From: Candidatus Oxydemutatoraceae bacterium | GTDB lineage: Bacteria > Pseudomonadota > Gammaproteobacteria > Poriferisulfidales > Oxydemutatoraceae | Assembly (NCBI GenBank): GCA_965220085.1 | Contig: CBDCOZ010000003.1 | Span: 1,056,001 to 1,120,000, forward strand | Length of the DNA stretch: 64,000 bases | Reading direction: 5' to 3' | In this document: piece after piece, positions 53,201-59,912 of the stretch | Position numbering within the stretch: position 1 is the stretch's first letter | Layout of the letters: the number at the start of each line of letters is the position of its first letter | Notes under the pieces: generated by a model | Told to the model about the DNA's origin: nothing | Database searches by the model: none | Seen by the model: the letters and a program-made list of their open reading frames with translations, nothing else | Program-made: the position numbers and the translations under genes

Positions 53201-54812
53201 TGCTGCCAATGCCATCGCCGAGAATGCGGCGGTCGGCACGGCGGTGACTGGCATCGCTCTGAGCGCAAGCGACGAAGCAGGCAATGCGGTGAGCGCTGTG
53301 ACCTGGAGCATAGCGAGCGCCCCGACCGGTTTGTTCGCGATAGATGCCGACGGCGTTGTCAGGCTGGCCGCTTCGGATGCCTTGGATTACGAGAGCACGC
53401 CAACCCATAGCATAACCGCGCGGGCTGTGGCGGGCGCCGTGGTATCCAATGACTTGTCGCTGACGATAAGCGTTTTGAATGTGCCGAAGAGCCTGACGAT
53501 TGCGGATAGCAATGATGCCGCCAATGCCATCGCCGAGAATGCGGCGGTCGGCACGGCGGTGACTGGCATCGCTCTGAGCGCAAGCGACGAAGCAGGCAAT
53601 GCGGTGAGCGCTGTGACCTGGAGCATAGCGAGCGCCCCGACCAATCTGTTCGCGATAGATGCCGACGGCGTTGTCAGGCTGGCCGCTTCGGATGCCTTGG
53701 ATCACGAGAGTGCGCCGATCCATAGCGTGACCGCGCGGGCTATGGCGGGCGCCGTGGTATCCAATGACTTGTCGCTGACGATAAGCGTTTTGAATGTGCC
53801 GAAGAGCCTGACGATTGCGGATAGCAATGATGCCGCCAATGCCATCGCCGAGAATGCGGCGGTCGGCACGGCGGTGACTGGCATCGCTCTGAGCGCAAGC
53901 GACGAAGCAGGCAATGCGGTGAGCGCTGTGACCTGGAGCATAGCGAGCGCTCCGACCAATCTGTTCGCGATAGATGCCGACGGCGTTGTCAGGCTGGCCG
54001 CTTCGGATGCCTTGGATTACGAGAGTGCGCCGACCCATAGCGTGACCGCGCAAGCCTCAACCGGCAGTGTCAGCGCCACGATAGAACTGGCCATCGCCGT
54101 AACGGATGTTGATGAGACCCCGCCGCCGCAGCTTGTCTACACAGCGATAGTAGCGGAGTCGGCGACGGCGGGCACGGCGATAGCGGGCGTGACACTGGCT
54201 ACACAGGCTGTCGATGGCGCTGTGACATGGAGCCTGAGCGACCCGAACGACCCCGACTTGTTTGCGATAAGCGCCGACGGCGTAATCACTTTGATTGCGA
54301 GCGGCGCGCTGGATTACGAAGATGCCGATGCCCGCATCCATCGCGTGATGGTAACCGCCGAAGCTGACGGCGAGGAGCTCGTCACGATGCCGCTGACGAT
54401 ACGCGTGACCAATGTGCTGGAGGCATTGACGATTGTCGATAGCGATGCCACGACCAATGCGGTTGCGGAGAATGCGGCGATTGGCACGACGGTGACCGGC
54501 ATCACGCTGACGGTGCGCGATGAGGGCGATCGCGCGGTCGGCGGAGTGACTTGGAGCATAGCGAGCGTTCCGAGCGACTTGTTCGCGATTGATTCCGCAA
54601 GCGGCGAGGTGACCTTGGCGGGCGCGCCGGATTACGAGACATCGACCGCCCACGCGGTAATCGCGCGGGCGACAAAAGACGCCGTGGTATCCGATGATTT
54701 GAGGCTGACAATAGCGATTACGAAGGACCCGACTGACGACGACGGCACGGAGCCGTCCGAACCGGCGCTCAAACTCCGCCTGCGTCTCTTCCTGGAAGGG
54801 CCGTTGCGATAA
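50265..54812 (+). CDS. Secreted adhesin-like protein 4 (two GLUG/Ca-binding modules, five cadherin-like repeats, LEGPLR C-terminus)
   Basis: Signal peptide KASALVLALAVLLFRASAMA|Q; three 315-bp tandem repeats at ~53165-54050; ends SEPALKLRLRLFLEGPLR*. Confidence 0.9.
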   Translation: MELERHIANRMPRATASFLRLLPKASALVLALAVLLFRASAMAQQADYDSDNNNLIDITTAEQLNAMRYDLDGDGMPGAGTQTYAEAFVNAVDGMGCASDCIGYELLNDLDFDDAADYASGTVNADWTSGAGWAPIGSLGKNFAAVFNGNGHAVRNLRISRAAHFQSLFGIVGEDALITNVGVTGSVNARGFWFAGGLVGGVDKSAIENSYSAVAVEGGAQSGSLLGYATDASAVRRSYATGAVYADSESGGLLGRDFDSQAHGTVEHTYATGYVDVTRGGGLIGVLGNVALRYGYATGLIHPGNQSSGGLGGSVEAGAVAAAVYWDSETSAKTNAFGEGALAGVSGKTAAELQAPTSYAGIYADWNATDADGNATDYWDFGNANQYPALKIDFDNDGTASWQEFGYQLREGPRLREGLQRVTRDRIAFDLRWSAPDTSHWDNPPQIDYRIYRDGAALDIGADDIAETRAANGEIVYSYADAGLLADTVYAYHIAAVVGGGEPSRSATAFEVDYDRDDDGLIEITTLEQLSAIRWDLDGDGKPDESAREYAQAFPGITDSAGCPDTCNGYELRRDLDFDDAASYASGSVNTAWTSGVGWLPIGTVFTESFAATFNGNGHAIYNLYVNSAERYRSLFGVVNGVISNIGVTGSVSSTGSFIGGLAGVLAGFGMIEKSYSAVSVEADASGGSLAGWVSASTVRLSYASGVVNASASAGGLLGHIFLTSAHRAEIEHVYATGFVNATGDDNSVGGLLGFPGQARLKYAYATALVAPSGGGLSGDDTDDFSATAAYWDIEASDRATATPSAAIDGVEGKATAKLQAPTAYAGIYADWDEGNAADYWDFGAANQYPALNIDFDNDGMASWQEFGYQLREGPAVATTDTSAGVLSWSAPDTSHWPRDPPSVGYAIYRNGAPLRLAADAIAKTADANGDVVYSYVDPDASADSAYRYHIAATVNGGEASRSGASDAPESLTIADSNDAANAIAENAAVGTAVTGIALSASDEAGNAVSAVTWSIASAPTGLFAIDADGVVRLAASDALDYESTPTHSITARAVAGAVVSNDLSLTISVLNVPKSLTIADSNDAANAIAENAAVGTAVTGIALSASDEAGNAVSAVTWSIASAPTNLFAIDADGVVRLAASDALDHESAPIHSVTARAMAGAVVSNDLSLTISVLNVPKSLTIADSNDAANAIAENAAVGTAVTGIALSASDEAGNAVSAVTWSIASAPTNLFAIDADGVVRLAASDALDYESAPTHSVTAQASTGSVSATIELAIAVTDVDETPPPQLVYTAIVAESATAGTAIAGVTLATQAVDGAVTWSLSDPNDPDLFAISADGVITLIASGALDYEDADARIHRVMVTAEADGEELVTMPLTIRVTNVLEALTIVDSDATTNAVAENAAIGTTVTGITLTVRDEGDRAVGGVTWSIASVPSDLFAIDSASGEVTLAGAPDYETSTAHAVIARATKDAVVSDDLRLTIAITKDPTDDDGTEPSEPALKLRLRLFLEGPLR

Positions 54813-54960
54813 GCCGGAGCCGTCCTTGAGCCGACAATCTCAGAAGCCACAAACAATTGAGTGTTGTTTGTGTGCCGCCTCCCTCCGTCAGGGGAGGGTG
54901 ATTACGTTGTCTGCGTTCGCGCAAAAGCCCCCCGCAAAGGAAGCGGCAAAGGGACAGACG
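54813..54960 (+). repeat. Conserved post-stop spacer element (IS left-end-like, two hairpins)
   Basis: gagccgacaatctcagaagccacaaacaattgag... shared with 44173-44320, 56133-56280 and 59740-59835. Confidence 0.7.
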
Positions 54961-55103
54961 GCATGGGGGAGCAATGGGCCGGGAGGGGTGCGCGATGTAT
55001 TGCTAGCACTCATATTTTTAGCGGATTCTGACGTTAGGAGGTAGTGTCATATATAATCAGAGCTTTGCAAGGAGACAAACAAGGATTCTAAGTCGCCGAC
55101 ACA

Positions 55104-56132
55104 TTGACATATAGATTTATGCGGATAGAGCCCGAACAATACATTAACAAGTTGCGTGTTTCGCGTAACTCTCCCTTCCCTCGCCCGTTACCAAAAACAA
55201 GCGCGCTTGTTTTGGCGCTCGTGGTTTTGCTCTTCTCCGTATCCGCTCTTGCGAAACAACCCGCGCAACTATCGATCGACTTTGACGACAACGACGCGAA
55301 TACGGCAGTCGGTACGCCGGTCACGGCGACGGACGCATCGGATTTTGAAACCGCACAGGCGCATACGACAACGGCGCCAAATAGAGCGGTATCAGATCCG
55401 CGGTTCCCAATCACCGTCGCAACGGCCCTGCCACAGCTACAGATTACCTACATAGCGGTGGTAGCGGAGTCGGCAACGACGGGCACGACGATAGCGGAGG
55501 TAACGCTGGCACAGGTTGCCGATAGCGATGCCGCAAGCAGCGCGACATGGAGCCTGAGCGACCCGAACGAACCCGACTTGTTCGCAATAAGCAGCGCCAG
55601 CGGCGTAATCACGCTGATTGCGGGCGGCACGCTGGATTACGAGACATTAACGCAACACATAGTAATGGTGCGAGCCGAAGCCGACGGTGAGGAACTCATC
55701 ACAGTGCCGCTGACGATACGCGTGACCAATGTGCTGGAGGCATTGATGATTGACGATAGCGATGCCACGACCAATACGGTTGCGGAGAATGCGGCGGCCG
55801 GCACGACGGTGACCGGCATCGCGCTGACGGTGCGCGATGAGGGCGATCGCGCGGTCGGCGGAGTGACCTGGAACGTAGCGGGCGCCCCGGCCGACCTGTT
55901 CACGGTAGATGCCGACGGCGCTATCAGGCTGGCTACTTCGGGCGCCTTGGATTACGAGGCATCAACCGCCCACGCGGTAATCGTGCGGGCGACAAAAGAC
56001 GCCGTGGTATCCAATGACCTGGGACTGACGATAGAGGTTACGAACGACCCGACCGACGACGACGGCACAGAGCCGTCCGAACCGGCGCTCAGAATCCGCC
56101 TGCGCCTCTTCCTGGAAGGCCCGTTGCGATAA
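55104..56132 (+). CDS. Short secreted paralog 5 (two cadherin-like repeats, LEGPLR C-terminus); deletion derivative of protein 4
   Basis: Leader and signal peptide homologous to those of 50265; last two domains very similar to protein 4; ends SEPALRIRLRLFLEGPLR*; ATG 55119 likely. Confidence 0.85.
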   Translation: MTYRFMRIEPEQYINKLRVSRNSPFPRPLPKTSALVLALVVLLFSVSALAKQPAQLSIDFDDNDANTAVGTPVTATDASDFETAQAHTTTAPNRAVSDPRFPITVATALPQLQITYIAVVAESATTGTTIAEVTLAQVADSDAASSATWSLSDPNEPDLFAISSASGVITLIAGGTLDYETLTQHIVMVRAEADGEELITVPLTIRVTNVLEALMIDDSDATTNTVAENAAAGTTVTGIALTVRDEGDRAVGGVTWNVAGAPADLFTVDADGAIRLATSGALDYEASTAHAVIVRATKDAVVSNDLGLTIEVTNDPTDDDGTEPSEPALRIRLRLFLEGPLR

Positions 56133-56159
56133 GCTTAAATTGTTCCCCGAGCCGACAAT

Positions 56160-56416
56160 TCAAGGAGCCGCAAACAATTGAGCATTGTTTGTGTGTCGCC
56201 TCGCTCCCGCGAGGGGGAGAGCGCTCACATCGTCCGCTTTCGCGCAAAGCTCCCGCGAAGGGAGTGGCAAAGGCAGACAGCGCGCCATCGCACGACTGAG
56301 CGACCACACCACGGACCGAAGTTTCAAAAACCCATGACACACACAACATTTGCCTCAGGTGTCCGATATGTTATGGCATCAAACATGTCCAATATGTCTT
56401 GTCTTGGCATCATGCA
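56160..56416 (+). mobile_element. Miniature derivative of the IS481-like element (left end joined to right end, right end duplicated)
   Basis: Left-end motif gccgcaaacaattgagca, RAIARL fragment, then cacacaacatttgcctcagg...ggcatcaaACA as at 44641-44886, followed by a second tgtccaatatgtct...ggcatcatgca. Confidence 0.55.
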
Positions 56417-56455
56417 TAGCGCTCCGGTTCATGGGGTCTGTGATAAAATCCCCGA

Positions 56456-57802
56456 ATGGCTTTTTCCGTTAAAATTAATAACCTTGGTAAGATTACCGAG
56501 AAACCGATTGTGGTAGGGGGGTTGACCGTATTGGCCGGCCCTAATGCCACAGGCAAAACCTTCTTTTCCAAGGCGCTTTATTCCGTGTTTGACGCGATGA
56601 ACGCAAACCATACGCTAGTGGCGATTCAAGGACTTGCGCGTCCATTGCGACAGTATCTGCAGATACTGACGAGGATGCCGGAGTTTGAAAAAAACACGGC
56701 ACTGGACTCAATAAAAGCCCAATTCAAACAGTTGGAAAGATTATGTGCACCGCTTTCCGGCACAGACGATGAAATTGCCGCCGTTGAGGAAATGCATCCA
56801 AAACTCTCCGGCGCTGTGAAGGAAATTGTTCGTGCCTATGGGGAGGTGCGACCCGCCATTGATAAAGTTAAAGGAATTGGCATTCGCGAAAACATTCTTG
56901 ATCTAAGTGATTCCGGTATCAAGGATTTGAAGGAATTAACGAATCTTTCGTCGGAGGAAGTAGTGCTTAAAGGATTTAAGCGGGCTCTCGGTCGCAACCT
57001 AAGAGGCAATTTCCAGACTGCAAGATTAACGGATTTGCGGGGAAATTCGGATGAGGACACCTTCATCCAAATAGAGGGCGTAGGAAGAATTGCGATTGAT
57101 GGAAATCACTTGCAGAGTGACATTGAGCCCGCCGGGCTGGCACGGTTGCAGAAATACTCCAGAGTGATTTATCTGGAGTCGCCTATTCATTGGAAATTGA
57201 GGGGAGCGCTCAAGCAGTACGCCCCGCGCTTTCGGCATTTCGGGGGGAGTTTGAATATCCCCAAATATTTCACCGACTTGGATGCCGCGCTGAACGACGA
57301 ATATTCCGGCGAGGTTGCTTTTCCAGAGTTGCTTCAAGAGTTGATTACGGATGTTTTGCAAGGGAAAATGGTTATTGCCGAAAGTGGCGAATTGCAATTC
57401 GCAGAAAATGGTCAAGCGCGTCCGTTCTCCCTGCCCATGACGGCTACCGGCATGGTAAACCTCGGTATTCTGGGGATGTTGATTGAAAGGAAAATCATTG
57501 ACAAGGGCGCGTTTCTTTTCATTGACGAGCCCGAGGCCAACCTTCACCCGAAGTGGCAAGCGGAGATGATTCGTGTTCTCTTTGAGTTGGCACAAGGCGG
57601 CGTTCATGTCGTCATAGCCACGCATAGTCCTGACATCGCAGAGCGTTTATCCGCACTGGCGAAGCAGAATCCGGGCTCCGAGGACATGATTGCCCTGAAT
57701 CATTTTTCATCGGAAGGCGTGGAAAGCAATGAGAAAAACTTTGACAAAAAAATGGGAGCTATCATAAAAGAGTTGACGGATGCTTTTTCCACTCCTACGT
57801 GA
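56456..57802 (+). CDS. AAA_15/AAA_21-type (ABC-like) ATPase
   Basis: KINNLGKI start, Walker A GPNATGKT, Walker B FLFIDEPEANLHP, IATHS H-loop; visibly AT-richer DNA. Confidence 0.88.
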   Translation: MAFSVKINNLGKITEKPIVVGGLTVLAGPNATGKTFFSKALYSVFDAMNANHTLVAIQGLARPLRQYLQILTRMPEFEKNTALDSIKAQFKQLERLCAPLSGTDDEIAAVEEMHPKLSGAVKEIVRAYGEVRPAIDKVKGIGIRENILDLSDSGIKDLKELTNLSSEEVVLKGFKRALGRNLRGNFQTARLTDLRGNSDEDTFIQIEGVGRIAIDGNHLQSDIEPAGLARLQKYSRVIYLESPIHWKLRGALKQYAPRFRHFGGSLNIPKYFTDLDAALNDEYSGEVAFPELLQELITDVLQGKMVIAESGELQFAENGQARPFSLPMTATGMVNLGILGMLIERKIIDKGAFLFIDEPEANLHPKWQAEMIRVLFELAQGGVHVVIATHSPDIAERLSALAKQNPGSEDMIALNHFSSEGVESNEKNFDKKMGAIIKELTDAFSTPT

Positions 57803-57821
57803 TGAATCAGGAATAGATGTG

Positions 57822-58376
57822 ATGGAGGATTTGGCTGAGTTTCTGGAACCGATTAGGATACAAGACCACGACGATCCGATTGGGGAAGCATATAAAATGG
57901 ACGGTTGCGCCCCGGCTCCAAGCATGCGCAAACGCGCCGGTTTGGGCACACTGCATTGTTGTGACTATGTGCGCATAGACGGAGAAAAAACCATCCTCAT
58001 TGAAGACACTCAATTGGGTAAAACCATGGTGCGCTTGCAAGAAAAATATGATTCCATGGAAAAAGAAAAAAGGGAGGAATATATTCGGGAGCGCATTAAG
58101 AGTGAAAATTGCCTGAAAGTTTATGGTTCGCTTCTGGTCTTATGCCGCTTGGACAAATGGTCGGAGCATCGCGAATTTATACTTGTGAGTAGCGATGGCA
58201 GCGAAGCGATTTTTTTGCAAAACAGGAATCCGAATAACGAACTGCAAGCAGCAATCCGAGAAGAATTATGCGGTGAGCAATCGAGTGTCAGAGGGGCGTT
58301 GCAAGGGGGCGGATCGGTAAAAGATGTAAGAGTGATAAGTGTTGACAAACTGCGGGATATACTGAGGGGCAATTGA
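57822..58376 (+). CDS. Hypothetical protein, possible PD-(D/E)xK-like nuclease partner of the ATPase
   Basis: Closely coupled to the ATPase; CCDYVRI...TILIEDT and ENCLKVYGSLL segments; ORF track start is 57780 but ATG 57822 is preferred. Confidence 0.55.
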   Translation: MEDLAEFLEPIRIQDHDDPIGEAYKMDGCAPAPSMRKRAGLGTLHCCDYVRIDGEKTILIEDTQLGKTMVRLQEKYDSMEKEKREEYIRERIKSENCLKVYGSLLVLCRLDKWSEHREFILVSSDGSEAIFLQNRNPNNELQAAIREELCGEQSSVRGALQGGGSVKDVRVISVDKLRDILRGN

Positions 58377-58510
58377 TTCTGGGTTCCTTGTGGGGCAACG
58401 AGCTTTGCTCGCCAGAGGGGGAGGAGGAGCGGACTTTGATGAGTTCCATAAAGACATAGTTCGCATCCCTCTTTGTTGCCGACAAAGTGCATGCTCAGGG
58501 GGGTCGCCAT

Positions 58511-59698
58511 CTACTCTGTGCATCGCGCATGTCTTGCCCGAATTGCCTCTATACGGCGCTTGGCTTCGTCTTGTGCCTTCACTAAGTCTCTGGGAGACAA
58601 CCCAGACAGCGATTTGTCGAGAGCATCCCGGTATTCCCTCGACATCTCAAACCCATTCGCCACCGCAATGGAAATCCAGATATACGCCTCCTTGTAGTTT
58701 TGTGGAACACTTTTGCCATCGAAATACATCCCTCCAAGACCAGCTTGTGCGTCAGCAGCGTTTCCCCATTCGGCAGCCCTCCGAACCCACTTCACTGCTT
58801 CAGCACCATCTCGATAAACATCTGGCCCCTTGGCATATATCGCTCCAAGAAGGACTTGCGCCTGAGCGTTTCCCTGTTCGGCAGCGCGTCTGGCCCATTT
58901 CTCTTCTTCCGCATAATCTTGCGTGTCACCCTCGCTGTCGGAATACATCGAGGCGAGAAGATATTGCGCTACAGCAAGTCCCTGCTTGGCGGCATAGCTA
59001 TACCACTTCATCGCTTGCGTATCATCTGGCATGATGCCTAAACCATATTGATACATTGCGCCGATACTGGCTTGCGCTACAGCAAGTCCCTGCTCGGCAG
59101 CGAGCTGATACCATTTATATGCTTCCGCATAATCTTGCTCAGTGCCCCGACCGGCACCATGCATCTGGCCGAGATCAAATTGTGCATCAGCATCCCCTCC
59201 TTTCGCCTTCTCCATGATTTCGTTGAAAGACTCACTTGGCGGGATTGTCTTGCCTATTGTTAGGTGGTCGTTATCTACTACTCTGATGTGGTTAACCTTG
59301 CATTCCTTCAGAGGGCATAATTCAATGGATAATCCAAAGGGTTTTATTTCAGTATCCATAGTGGCTATGTTGAGAATCTTGATTTTTTCTTCAGGAAGCT
59401 CGGGACATTTAATACCCAATAAGAATGCCAATGGAATGGCGGAGATGGCTCCTGCGATGTACATCAGGCTTTTGGGGATACCAAATAATTTGGCAATCCA
59501 TAGAAGGGAAAAGATAACCGCTACCGTAGCGACCAAAAAGATCAGGAAAGGTGAGTTGAAGAACCATAGAAGGAAAGAGGCAACAGCAAGCAACGCCAAG
59601 CGCAACTCCATTGGTTGTACTAGAAAAAATTTGAACATTTTTTTGATGAATGATGGCATCGTATATTCCTTTGATGTGGAGGGGTACCAGTATGCCAT
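58511..59698 (-). CDS. Membrane-anchored Sel1-like repeat protein
   Basis: N-terminal hydrophobic helices, then ~5 Sel1 repeats (AQFDLGQMH..GRGTEQDYAEAYKWYQLAAEQG etc.). Confidence 0.88.
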   Translation of the reverse strand: MAYWYPSTSKEYTMPSFIKKMFKFFLVQPMELRLALLAVASFLLWFFNSPFLIFLVATVAVIFSLLWIAKLFGIPKSLMYIAGAISAIPLAFLLGIKCPELPEEKIKILNIATMDTEIKPFGLSIELCPLKECKVNHIRVVDNDHLTIGKTIPPSESFNEIMEKAKGGDADAQFDLGQMHGAGRGTEQDYAEAYKWYQLAAEQGLAVAQASIGAMYQYGLGIMPDDTQAMKWYSYAAKQGLAVAQYLLASMYSDSEGDTQDYAEEEKWARRAAEQGNAQAQVLLGAIYAKGPDVYRDGAEAVKWVRRAAEWGNAADAQAGLGGMYFDGKSVPQNYKEAYIWISIAVANGFEMSREYRDALDKSLSGLSPRDLVKAQDEAKRRIEAIRARHARCTE

Positions 59699-59706
59699 AC
59701 CCTGAT

Positions 59707-59739
59707 GTGCGCCTCTTCCTGGAAGGGCCGTTACGATAA
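59707..59739 (+). pseudogene. Orphan intact copy of the C-terminal motif coding sequence
   Basis: gtg cgc ctc ttc ctg gaa ggg ccg tta cga taa = VRLFLEGPLR*, followed by the conserved post-stop spacer; no gene body upstream. Confidence 0.85.
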
Positions 59740-59814
59740 ACCTAAGCCGTTCCCCGAGCCGACAATCTCAGAAGCCACAAACAATTGAGTACTGTTTGTG
59801 TACCATCTCTCTCC

Positions 59815-59834
59815 CTCCCCCCGCGAGGGGGGAG
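59815..59834. terminator. GC-rich hairpin between the array end and convergent zapE
   Basis: CTCCCCCC-GCGA-GGGGGGAG, perfect 8-bp stem with GNRA loop; no clear U-tract. Confidence 0.4.
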
Positions 59835-59912
59835 TGCGGTTAGCGCAAGCACGGAGCTTGCTCGCCTTGTGCGGCGGAGTCAAGCACAGAAGTCCCTTGC
59901 GTATGCTCTGCG

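Noticed and set aside
50239-55109. Sigma70 promoters at the conserved TTGACA (50239 and 55104) before genes 4 and 5
   Set aside because: No convincing -10 hexamer at 16-18 bp spacing; conservation may just reflect paralogy
11713-56132. RTX/T1SS substrates or autotransporters
   Set aside because: Sec-type signal peptides are present, there are no GGxGxDxL nonapeptide runs and no C-terminal beta-barrel, and no T1SS or TpsB genes are in the window
10991-59835. Integron or shufflon with the LEGPLR DNA as a site-specific recombination site
   Set aside because: No integrase or invertase in the window, no attC-type structure or inverted sites; motif variation is synonymous, pointing to protein-level selection. 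Homologous recombination at the motif remains possible
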